A stretch of 64,000 nucleotides of DNA from Dehalococcoidia bacterium (lineage in GTDB: Bacteria; Chloroflexota; Dehalococcoidia; UBA2979), in assembly GCA_965247895.1 (NCBI GenBank), contig OZ252046.1:951140-1015139 (forward strand), read 5' to 3'. The notes below the pieces were generated by a model. It ran no database searches and was not told the origin of the DNA. It was given only the letters and a program-made list of their open reading frames with translations. This document shows, one piece after another, positions 29,125-38,006 of this stretch. Every line of letters begins with the position of its first letter. Positions within the stretch are counted from its first letter, which is position 1. A program made the position numbers and the translations under genes.

Positions 29125-30240
29125 ATGACCACCGGCCGCATCGTCGTCGTCAAGGAGTACAACGAGCCGTTCACGATCGAGGAGTACGAGGTCCCCGAGC
29201 CGGAGCCGGGCGGCATGATCCTGCGGATGACGCAGGCCGGTGTCTGCGGCTCCGACCTCCACACCTGGCGCGGCGACCAGATCAACGTCCCGCTCCCGCC
29301 CTCCGGCAAGAACATGGGCCACGAGGGCACCGGCGTCGTCTGGAGCCTCGGCGCGGGCCGCACCACGGACTCGCTCGGCCGCCCGCTCGAGGAGGGCGAC
29401 CGCGTGATGTACGCGGCGATCTTCCCCTGCAACAACTGCTACCAGTGCGGCCGCGGCGAGCACAACTGGTGCTCAGACCGCCAGGCCGGCATCGGCGCTC
29501 GCGTCGCCGGCGATTGGCCCTACTTCACCGGCACCTACGCCGACTACTTCTGGATCCCCGCCAACCACCCCGTCTACAAGGTGCCGGACGAGCTGCCCGA
29601 CTCCGTACTCGGCTGGATCAACTGCGCGATGGGCACCGTCACCGAGGGCCTGCTGCGCAGCGGCCTCGGCGAGGGCGACTACCTCGTCATCCAGGGCGCG
29701 GGTGGCCTTGGCCTCAACGCGACCGCGATGGCGAAGGACATGGGCGCGCACCGCGTGATCGTGCTCGACCGCATCCCCGAGCGCCTCGCGCTCGCCGAGG
29801 AGTTCGGCGCGGACCACACGATCAACATCGACGAATACGACAGCCTCGAGGCGCGGCGCGACCGCATCTTCGAGCTCACGGACGGGCGTGGCTCGAACTA
29901 CGTGATGGAGCTGGTCGGGCGCGCGGAGCTGCTGGTCGAGGGCCTCGAGTACCTCACCAACGGCGGCACGTTCATCGAGATCGGCGACATCGTGCGAGGC
30001 CGCACGGTGGCCATCGACCCGTCCACGATCCTGCGCGGCAAGAAGATCATGGGCTCCTCAATGTACCGGCCGCACCTGCTGCCGGTGATGATGGAGATGC
30101 TCGTCAAGAACCTCGACAAGCGGCCGTACACCAAGCTGGTGTCCGACAACTACCCGCTCGCCGAGGTCAACGAAGCGTTCTCCCAGGCAGAGTGGAACGA
30201 GCGCCAGACCCGGATCTCGCGCGCGATGCTCGTGCCCTGA
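29125..30240 (+). CDS. Zn-dependent alcohol dehydrogenase (MDR family)
   Basis: Motifs CGSDLH, GHEGTG and GAGGLG. Confidence 0.85.
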   Translation: MTTGRIVVVKEYNEPFTIEEYEVPEPEPGGMILRMTQAGVCGSDLHTWRGDQINVPLPPSGKNMGHEGTGVVWSLGAGRTTDSLGRPLEEGDRVMYAAIFPCNNCYQCGRGEHNWCSDRQAGIGARVAGDWPYFTGTYADYFWIPANHPVYKVPDELPDSVLGWINCAMGTVTEGLLRSGLGEGDYLVIQGAGGLGLNATAMAKDMGAHRVIVLDRIPERLALAEEFGADHTINIDEYDSLEARRDRIFELTDGRGSNYVMELVGRAELLVEGLEYLTNGGTFIEIGDIVRGRTVAIDPSTILRGKKIMGSSMYRPHLLPVMMEMLVKNLDKRPYTKLVSDNYPLAEVNEAFSQAEWNERQTRISRAMLVP

Positions 30241-30298
30241 TCCCGAGGGGCAACGAGGCTCCGGAACCGCCCGGCGGCGATCGCGTACGCTGGCGGCG

Positions 30299-31183
30299 AT
30301 GGACGTCTACCTCCTCGACGGCACCTACGAGCTGTACCGCCACTTCTACGCGGTGCCCTCGCACCGCGACCGCGAGGGCCGCGAGGCCGGCGCGGTCGTC
30401 GGCGTGCTCGAGTCGGTGCTCCGCCTCTTCGCCGAGGGCGTCACTCACCTCGGCGTGGCGACGGACCACGTGGTCGAGTCCTTCCGCAACGACCTCTGGC
30501 CGGGCTACAAGACCGGCGAGGGCATCGACCCGGCCCTCGCCGGGCAGTTCGCGCCGCTCGAGGACGCGCTCCGGGCGCTCGGCGTGCGCGTCTGGCCAAT
30601 GGTCGACCTCGAGGCTGACGACGCGCTCGCGGCCGCCGCCGTCCGGGCCGCCGAGGACGTCTCCGTGCGCCGCGTCGTGATCGCGACGCCGGACAAGGAC
30701 CTGGCGCAGTGCGTCGGCGGCAAGATCGTCCAGCTCGACCGCCGCAAGCGCGAGACTCGCGACGCCGCGGCCGTCGAGGAGCGCTTCGGCGTGCCCCCGC
30801 CCGCGATCCCGGACTACCTCGCGCTCGTCGGCGACAGCGCGGACGGCTTCCCCGGCCTGCCGGGCTGGGGCGCGAAGTCGAGCGCCGTCGTGCTCGCCCG
30901 CTACGGCCACATCGAGGCAATCCCAACCCACGCCGACCTATGGGACATCAAGGTACGCGGCGCGCAGAAGCTGGCCGCCACGCTGGCCGAGCAGCGCGAC
31001 CTCGCCTTCCTCTTCCGCGACCTCGCCACGCTGCGCACCGATGCCGAAGTTTTCGCCTCCGTCGAGGAGCTGCGCTGGGCGGGCCCCACGCCCGACTTCG
31101 CGGCGATGGCCGAGCAACTCCGCACGCCGGCACTGCTCACCCGCGCCGAGGCCGTCGCCGCCCGCGCAGGCGCGAGCGCGTAG
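30299..31183 (+). CDS. Stand-alone 5'-3' exonuclease (FEN/Pol I N-terminal domain family)
   Basis: Motifs VATDHVVESFRNDLWPGYK and DLEADDALA, with an H3TH region. Confidence 0.85.
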   Translation: MDVYLLDGTYELYRHFYAVPSHRDREGREAGAVVGVLESVLRLFAEGVTHLGVATDHVVESFRNDLWPGYKTGEGIDPALAGQFAPLEDALRALGVRVWPMVDLEADDALAAAAVRAAEDVSVRRVVIATPDKDLAQCVGGKIVQLDRRKRETRDAAAVEERFGVPPPAIPDYLALVGDSADGFPGLPGWGAKSSAVVLARYGHIEAIPTHADLWDIKVRGAQKLAATLAEQRDLAFLFRDLATLRTDAEVFASVEELRWAGPTPDFAAMAEQLRTPALLTRAEAVAARAGASA

Positions 31184-31192
31184 AATGTAGCC

Positions 31193-32494
31193 ATGATTCG
31201 GCGCATCGCGATTCAAGGCTACAAGTCACTGCAGGATGTCAACCTGCGCTTGGATCCGCTGACCATCGTCATCGGGCCGAACGCCGCCGGCAAAAGCAAT
31301 CTCCTCGACGCGATCGGCCTGCTCAGCCGCACGGTAGAAGGCGACCTTCAATCCGCGTTCATGGAACACCGTGGCGAGCCTCTGCGCTCGTTCACGTTGG
31401 ATGAGACAGGCATCGAAGGCCTCATGACGCGCGCGAGTGCATCGTTCCGCCTGGACGTTGACGTCGAGCTGTCGAAGGCCACGGTGAATCAGGTGAACCG
31501 GACCATTAACGAGGCGCGCGAGGGCTACGAGCCCTCGCGCGCCCTCGTCCGCGAGACGCTCCTGCGCTACTCACTGGACATGCAGATCCGAACCGACTCA
31601 GGAGTCCTGCAAGTGATCGACGAGTCGCTGCACGCGCTGAATGTGGACCTAGGTGAGAAGCAGTCGCGTCGTCCGTTCCTATCAGCCGAGAACAAGTCCG
31701 GCGGCGTGAAGCGGCTTTCGCTGCGCCTCGAGCGCCAGAGCCACCCCTTCGAGCACGACCTCGGGATGGATCGAACTGTCGTGTCGCTCCCGCACTACGC
31801 GCCGCATCACCCCCACCTGGTGGCGCTCCGTCATGAACTAGCCTCGTGGCGAACCTACTATCTCGAGCCCGAGGCCATGCGCCAAGACTCTTCGCTGCGG
31901 GAGGTTAGGCGCTTACCTCACGATGGATCAGACCTCGCGGCGTTCTACAACACCATGGAGAAGGAGCACTCGCGCGTGTTCGACGCGATGAACCGCGCCC
32001 TGCGCGGCGTGCTGCCGGGGATCGAACGTGTCGGCGTTTCGACCACGGAGTCAGGGCGCCTCCGCCTCTATGTCATCGAACGGGGAGTACGTTTCGAGGC
32101 GAGCGCACTCTCGGAGGGCACGCTCCGTATCCTGGCCCTGATCGGCATCACCAACTCTCCGGAGCCCGCAGCAGTCATTGGCTACGAAGAGCCGGAGAAT
32201 GGTGTACACCCTGCCCGCCTCTCGTGGATCGCCTCGTTGTTCGAGGAAGCGTCTCGTGACGACACAACCCAGTTCATAATCAACACCCATTCGGCACAGT
32301 TTCCCGCGATGTTCTCTGGAGACGAGTCGCTCACCCTTCGTTGCTACAAGGAGAACGGTGTCACGAATTTCGAGGAAATCGACCGCGCACTCCCGTTGCT
32401 TGAGGACCTCGAGATCTCGGCCGCCCTCGACGAGAATCAGCCAACGCCGGTTTCGCCGCTCTCTGCGCGCATCGAGCGGGGCGACTTCCTCTAG
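31193..32494 (+). CDS. AAA_21/AAA_15-type ABC ATPase (OLD / AriA / GajA / RloA-like), first gene of a two-gene cassette
   Basis: Walker A GPNAAGKSN (residues ~28-36). After a ~250-aa insertion: signature-like LSEGTLRILAL, Walker B/D-loop VIGYEEPENGVHP, H-loop NTHS. Lower GC (~58-60%). Confidence 0.8.
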   Translation: MIRRIAIQGYKSLQDVNLRLDPLTIVIGPNAAGKSNLLDAIGLLSRTVEGDLQSAFMEHRGEPLRSFTLDETGIEGLMTRASASFRLDVDVELSKATVNQVNRTINEAREGYEPSRALVRETLLRYSLDMQIRTDSGVLQVIDESLHALNVDLGEKQSRRPFLSAENKSGGVKRLSLRLERQSHPFEHDLGMDRTVVSLPHYAPHHPHLVALRHELASWRTYYLEPEAMRQDSSLREVRRLPHDGSDLAAFYNTMEKEHSRVFDAMNRALRGVLPGIERVGVSTTESGRLRLYVIERGVRFEASALSEGTLRILALIGITNSPEPAAVIGYEEPENGVHPARLSWIASLFEEASRDDTTQFIINTHSAQFPAMFSGDESLTLRCYKENGVTNFEEIDRALPLLEDLEISAALDENQPTPVSPLSARIERGDFL

Positions 32495-33088
32495 GTGCGA
32501 GTTCTGTACGTCCTTGAAGACAACGCGCATGCGCAGTTCGTCCCACCACTCTTTCGGAGGATTGCGCGAGACGAAGTTGTAGATCTCGCCGAGCAGGAAC
32601 TAACACCGATGCGAGGCGACGGCCGTACGATTAGCGGCCTGCGGAGACTGCTCGCCGACATCAGGACTGGCAGCCCCACGCGGCCCGATCTGATCGTCGT
32701 TGGCATTGACGCGGACTGCAGCTCGCGAGGTGAGCGCGATCGGCAGGTCCACCGCGCATGCGAACTCGAAGGTTACGAGGGCGACGTCATCGTCGCCGAG
32801 CCGGACCCGCACATCGAGATTTGGTACCTCGCCGATCCTGTGCTCCTGCAGCAGTTACTCCAAACGCCAAGTCTCTCTGCTATACCGGACATTCGTTGCA
32901 AGAAGGACGAGTTCAAGAAGGAACTGCGCTCAATCGCGCTGTCGAGCGGGGCGCCCGCACCCCTAGGCGGAGTAGAGTACGGGCCGGAGATCGCGGAAGG
33001 CATGAACCTTTACCGGGCCGGCCGCAGTGTCGCGTCGCTCGGCCGGTTCGTCGACGCGGCGCGCGCACGCCTTCAAGCGCACGTGTAG
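32495..33088 (+). CDS. Small (197 aa) TOPRIM-like protein (E...DxD). Partner of the upstream ATPase.
   Basis: GTG start directly after the ATPase TAG stop. Conserved Glu in LYVLEDN (E8) and IVVGIDADCSS (D72, D74), spaced like a TOPRIM core. No other recognisable domain. Confidence 0.6.
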   Translation: MRVLYVLEDNAHAQFVPPLFRRIARDEVVDLAEQELTPMRGDGRTISGLRRLLADIRTGSPTRPDLIVVGIDADCSSRGERDRQVHRACELEGYEGDVIVAEPDPHIEIWYLADPVLLQQLLQTPSLSAIPDIRCKKDEFKKELRSIALSSGAPAPLGGVEYGPEIAEGMNLYRAGRSVASLGRFVDAARARLQAHV

Positions 33089-33108
33089 GGGCAGGCAGCG
33101 GAGGCGAG

Positions 33109-33912
33109 ATGCAGGACTTCGAGGGCAAAGTCGCCGTCATCACCGGCGGGGCGAGCGGGATCGGCTTCGGCATGGCCGAGCGCTTCGCCGCCGCGGGCAT
33201 GACGGTCGTCCTCGCCGACATCAACGAGGACGCCCTGCCGGAGGCCGAGTCGCGCCTCGCCGAGCGCGGCGCGAGCGCCCTCGGCGTGCCGGTCGACGTC
33301 GCCGATCCCGATCAGGTCGAGGAACTCGCGCGGCGCGTGCTGGACGAGTTCGGCGCGGTCCACGTGCTCTGCAACAACGCCGGGGTCAACTCCTCCGACG
33401 AGCCGATCTGGGAGGTCTCGCGGCAGGACTGGGAGCGCGTGATCGACATCAACCTGCGCGGGGTGATCCACGGCATCCGCGCCTTCCTGCCGCACATGCT
33501 CGCGCAGGACTCCGAGGGCTGCATCGTCAACACCGCCTCGGCGGCGGGCCTCGGGTCACGGCCGGGCATCTCGCCCTACGTGGCGACGAAGCACGCCGTG
33601 ATCGCGCTCAGCGAGTCGCTGCATCACGACCTCGTCGCGGAGGGGTCGAAGCTGCGCGCCGCGGTGCTCTGTCCGGGCCGCATCCGCACGCCGATGATGG
33701 CGGAACACCTGGAGCGCGAGGGCAAGGATGTCGAGGAGGCCGCGGCCGGCTACCTGCTCCCGAGCGAGGTCGGCGAGCTGGTCTTCCAGGCGATCCGGGA
33801 CGAGCGCTTCTACATCCTCACCCACCCCGAGGGCGAGAGGGATCGCGTCAGGGGGGCCGCAGACGATATCCTGCTCGGGCGCGACCCGACGCATTCGTCG
33901 CCGATCTACTAG
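33109..33912 (+). CDS. SDR-family oxidoreductase
   Basis: Motifs TGGASGIG, NNAG and YVATKHA. ATG preceded by ggagg. Confidence 0.85.
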   Translation: MQDFEGKVAVITGGASGIGFGMAERFAAAGMTVVLADINEDALPEAESRLAERGASALGVPVDVADPDQVEELARRVLDEFGAVHVLCNNAGVNSSDEPIWEVSRQDWERVIDINLRGVIHGIRAFLPHMLAQDSEGCIVNTASAAGLGSRPGISPYVATKHAVIALSESLHHDLVAEGSKLRAAVLCPGRIRTPMMAEHLEREGKDVEEAAAGYLLPSEVGELVFQAIRDERFYILTHPEGERDRVRGAADDILLGRDPTHSSPIY

Positions 33913-33945
33913 CCAGCCAGCGCGTCAGCCACGTCAGGAGCCCGT

Positions 33946-34374
33946 ATGACCAGCGAAGCACTCCTCCAGCCGCAGCCCGAGGGCATCCCGCTCCCGACTC
34001 CCTCCACGATCTCCGAGCCGCACTGGGAGGGCTGCAAGCGCGGTGAGTTGATGGTGCAGCACTGCCAGGACTGCGACGGCTACGTCTTCATCCCGCAGCC
34101 GGCCTGCACGCACTGCCAGAGCGAGAACCTGGAGTGGGTGCAGAGCAGCGGCAAGGGCACCGTCTACAGCTGGACCATGGTCTACCGCCCGCAACAGCCG
34201 AGCTTCGATACCCCATACGCCTCGGCGATCATCGAGGTCGAAGAGGGCTGGTACATGCTGACGAATCTGGTGGACGTCGCCGTCGAGGACGTGCGCATCG
34301 GCCTCCCCGTTGAGGTCGTCTTCCACGCCATCAACGACGAGACCACGCTCCCCTACTTCCGCCCCGCGGGGTAG
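33946..34374 (+). CDS. Zn-ribbon OB-fold protein (DUF35 family, thiolase/SCP-x accessory type)
   Basis: CxxC...CxxC (CQDCDG...CTHCQS) plus an OB-fold region. Confidence 0.75.
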   Translation: MTSEALLQPQPEGIPLPTPSTISEPHWEGCKRGELMVQHCQDCDGYVFIPQPACTHCQSENLEWVQSSGKGTVYSWTMVYRPQQPSFDTPYASAIIEVEEGWYMLTNLVDVAVEDVRIGLPVEVVFHAINDETTLPYFRPAG

Positions 34375-34404
34375 CGCCCCGGGGCCGTCCGCGCCCGCCC
34401 TCGC

Positions 34405-35262
34405 CTACGTCTCCGAGAACGCCGAGCCGCGGCGTTCGACGCCGCCGCCCGTGGCGTGGTCGATCACGCCGCACTCGACGAGGAAGGGCTGGCTGTGGAC
34501 CACGCGCCCGGACACACGCTCGGCGGGCTCGGAGACGAGCCACAGCGCCGCATGCGCCATGTGCTCGACCGGCTCCGTGACCGCCGCATCGAGGTTCGCA
34601 CCCGGCCCCAACTCGCTCGCCGTCGCACCCGGCGTCGGCACCAGGTTCGAGGGCGAGAGCGCGCTGACGGCGATGCGGTGCGGCCACAGCTCCGCGGCCA
34701 GCCCCTGCGTGAAGCGCTCCAGCGCCGCCTTCGAGGCGCCGTACATCGTCCCCGCATCGACGCGCTCCTGCTCGGCGTAGGGCCCGCGCCCGGGACCGCC
34801 CGAGGAGCTGGAGGAGATATTGCAGATCGCCCCCCGCCCGCGCTCGATCATCCCCGGCAGGACGAGCTGCGAGAGGTAGAACGGCGCGTGGATGTTGACA
34901 TCGAAGCCCAGCTTCCAGCGTCGCAGCGGGAACTCCGTGAGCGGGTGGTAGGTGGTCATCGCGGCGTTGTTGACGAGCACGTCGACGCGCCCGAAGGCGT
35001 CCACGGTCTGCTCGACGATCGCCTCGCAGCCTTCCTCGCTGCCGACGTTCGCCTGCACGGCGATTGCGGTTCCGCCCGCCTGCTCGATCGCCTCGATCGT
35101 GCCGCGCAGCGAGCCCTCGAGGCGGTGATCGCCCTCTTCCAGCGTGCGCGCGACGCAGGCTACCTGCGCGCCCTCGGCGGCGAACAGCTCGGCGATCGCC
35201 TTGCCGATGCCGCGGCTGGTCCCCGTCACGATCGCGACCCGATCGTCGAGCCGGCCCATCAT
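34405..35262 (-). CDS. SDR-family oxidoreductase
   Basis: Motifs TGTSRGIG, NNAA and YGASKAA. Start MMGRLDD inside track ORF 34405..35343. Confidence 0.8.
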   Translation of the reverse strand: MMGRLDDRVAIVTGTSRGIGKAIAELFAAEGAQVACVARTLEEGDHRLEGSLRGTIEAIEQAGGTAIAVQANVGSEEGCEAIVEQTVDAFGRVDVLVNNAAMTTYHPLTEFPLRRWKLGFDVNIHAPFYLSQLVLPGMIERGRGAICNISSSSSGGPGRGPYAEQERVDAGTMYGASKAALERFTQGLAAELWPHRIAVSALSPSNLVPTPGATASELGPGANLDAAVTEPVEHMAHAALWLVSEPAERVSGRVVHSQPFLVECGVIDHATGGGVERRGSAFSET

Positions 35263-35413
35263 CGCCTCCCGTTCTCGCGCGCACGTCGTGCGGCCTGCTG
35301 CGCCTGTCGCGAGCACTGTAGAGGGACACCGGCGGAGGCGCATCGGCGGCCTGTGCGCGTGACGTCGAGCGTCTTGCCGCTCTCTACCCCATCGCGCACA
35401 CTGGATTCGCCGC

Positions 35414-35489
35414 TCCCCGATAGCTCAATTGGTAGAGCGAGCGGCTGTTAACCGCTAGGTTCGTGGTTCGAGTCCACGTCGGGGAGCCA
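35414..35489 (+). tRNA. tRNA-Asn (anticodon GTT)
   Basis: TCCCCGA acceptor stem, anticodon loop CTGTTAA, T-loop GGTTCGAGT, then CCA. 76 nt. Followed by an AT-rich stretch gattatgtctcttatatattg. Confidence 0.85.
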
Positions 35490-35655
35490 GATTATGTCTC
35501 TTATATATTGAGCGGGAGCCACGACGGCTCACGCCCCCGAGCATGGCACGGCGGCCGGGGACTTCGGCAGGCTCGTCAGGCGGCACAATCCTGAGAGTGT
35601 CCGGTTCCCGGGCCGAGCGACGGGCGCCGGTCTCCGGCGACCCGCCGCAGCGAAC

Positions 35656-37826
35656 TCAGGAGCCTCCCGTGCCCGCACTCGGGAGCTCGGGCGCCTTGAG
35701 CGCGCACTCCTCGCGCAACCAGGACGTGACGCCATCGGCCGACACCAGGAGCCAGCCCACGCAGCGCCCAACTCCCTGACCGAGTACCTCGACCTCCGTG
35801 CCGTCCAGCCAGCCGCCGACGAGTCGTGCACCATCGGCGCAGTCGATACGGTGCGCGACACCCCTGCCGCCCGTATTCCCGATGATCCTCAGAGCCTCCG
35901 GCCCCACTGCCGCAGGCGCCGCGAATTCGACCAGATACGTCCCCCGCACCCACGAGCTGGCGCCGTCCGCCTGGACCCACAGCCAGCCCACGCAGCGCCC
36001 AACCCCGTGCGCGAGCGCCTCGACCTGCGTGTCGTCCAGCCAGCCGCCGCCGTCCGAGCGTCGCGCATCATCGGCACAGTCGTCGCGCTGCGAGACGCCG
36101 TCGCCGCCGGTATTCCCAATCAGCCACCAGATCGTCGGGGCCAGCGCGGGAACACCGCCCGAGTCGACGACCTGCTCGGCGCGCGCCCACGAGCTGACGG
36201 CGTCCGCCCGCACCCAGAGCCAGCCCGTGCAGCGCCCAACCCCCTGAGCGAGAATCTCGACCTCCGTGCCGTCCGGCCAGACGCCGCCGTCCGAGCCTCG
36301 CGCATCCTCGGCACAGTCGCTGCGGTGCGAGACGCCCTCGCCGCCCGTGTTGCCGATCAGCCTGCGTGGCCCCGGATCCGGCGGCTCGACCGGCTCCGCT
36401 GTCTCGACCGGCTCCGCCGGCTCGTCCGGCTCCAGCGTCCCGTCCGGCTCCGCTGTCTCGACCGGCTCCGCTGTCTCGACCGGCTCCGCTGTCTCGACCG
36501 GCTCCGCTGGCTCGTCGGGCTCCGCTGGCTCGCCGGGCTCCGCTGGCTCGTCGGGCTCCGCTGGCTCGTCGGGCTCCGCTGTCTCGACCGGCTCCGCTGT
36601 CTCGACCGGCTCCGCTGTCTCGACCGGCTCCGCTGTCGCCACCGGCTCCGCTGTCTCGACCGGCTCCGCTGTCTCGACCGGCTCCGCTGTCTCGACCGGC
36701 TCCGCTGTCTCGACCGGCTCCGCCGTCTCGACCGGCTCCGCTGCATCTTCGCGGCCTGGAGGGTGCATGATTCGCACTCGGTAGACACGCGAGCGATGAC
36801 CATCTTCGGAGGTGACGGTGACCGTGATCTCCGCGATCTCCTCCAGCGCCAGCTGATGCCCGTTCTCCGGATTCCCATCTGCGTCATCGGGAGCGATCAC
36901 CACGGTCGCTCCCGGCCGCATGGCGCGTGCATCAATGACTACGCGGCCGGTCGCGACCCCTTCGTAGCCGGTGCGGCTGCTTGTGAAGTCGCCAATCTGG
37001 ACGCCGACCAGTCTCAGCAGGGCGAGGCGGGTGTCCGCGCTCGCGCGCAGCTCGGTGGTGAAGTAGACGCGGTCGTCGGCGAGGTCGCCGACGTAGATCA
37101 GGCCTCCATCGGACCAGAGACCTCGCGTCTCTCCGTTCTCGTTGCGGACCCTGAACTCCTCGTCACGGACGCGCACGAGGTCGTCTCCCTGCAACTGATA
37201 CGCGAACAACCTCGCGCTGCCCCTCTCGGAGACCAGGATCACGTACCCATCCGACCAGAGCCCGTGCGGGTCGTTGTTGGCCGGATCGAGCGAGTAGACG
37301 CCGAGCGTTTCCCCGGTCGCAGGTCGTAGCTGAAGAGACTGTCCGTGCCGCCATCCAGCACCCACATCGTGTCGCCGTCGGACCAGATGCCTCGGGCGTG
37401 GGCGTTGCGTTCGTCGAGCCTGATGTCCCGCTCCGGAAGCGGCGTCCTGGTCTCCATGTCGTAGGCGAAGACCCGGTCCTGCCCGCTGTCGGAGACCCAG
37501 GCCGTCTCGCCGTCGGACCACAGGCCGCGCGGGGCCACGTTGCGCCTGGCGAGCTTGAAGTCGAGCTCCTCGAGGCGCTCGCGGCTCTCGATGTCGTAGG
37601 CAAAGACGCCGTCGTCGGCCCCGACTCCGTTCCAGGCTACCCACAGCGTCTCGCCGTCGGACCAGAGTCCCGTCGTGACGCCGCAGCCGGGTTGAGGAGG
37701 GTCAAGACTGCAGGTGGCTCCCGAGGCTGCCGGAACCGCGCCACCCAGATGCGCGAACAGGAGAACCAGAGCAACTATTGCCGAGCTGGCCGCAAGCCGG
37801 GCATACGTCCTCGCCTCGACCGCCAT
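35656..37826 (-). CDS. Giant secreted surface protein B: signal peptide, WSDG beta-propeller blades, 18-bp-unit acidic tandem repeat (PVETAE)n, three C-terminal SH3b-like Cys-containing domains. A single-base frameshift near 37305..37325 splits it into track ORFs 37239..37826 and 35656..37644.
   Basis: N-terminus MAVEARTYARLAASSAIVALVLLFAHLGG. Blades GLWSDGETLWVAWNG...FAYDI and GIWSDGDTMWVLDGGTDSLFSYDL. At the junction one frame reads ...DSLFSYDLRPGKR and the other ...RPATGETLGVYSLDPANNDPHGLWSDG. C-terminal repeats IGNTGG[DE]GVS[HQ]R.DC..DAR.S.GG.W.DGTEVE.L..GVGRC.GWL.V.ADG..SW.R. Confidence 0.65.
36376..36750. repeat. About 20 tandem copies of an 18-bp unit (gtctcgaccggctccgct and variants) encoding (PVETAE)n/(PDEPAE)n inside gene B
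   Basis: Read directly. Coding low-complexity repeat, not CRISPR (units are contiguous, no spacers). Confidence 0.8.
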
Positions 37827-38006
37827 GATTGCAGCCCTTCCTGTCCGGCTTCGGGAGACGCGACACGCACACCCCTCGACCGGTGTACGGGGTGAGGATT
37901 CTAAAGGATCGGCGAGACGCAGCGCGCGGACTCCGGAAAACGCAATTGTCGATGCGTGAGGCGAATCGTGGGCGCGGCACGACCTCTGCCCGGATCGCGG
38001 CCCTCG

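Noticed and set aside
36376-36750. Regular 18-bp tandem repeats here and at 38505..38700 — possible CRISPR arrays?
   Set aside because: The units are contiguous with no spacers. They are in frame and encode acidic (PVETAE)n or (DETPAA)n linkers inside large ORFs. No cas genes are present.
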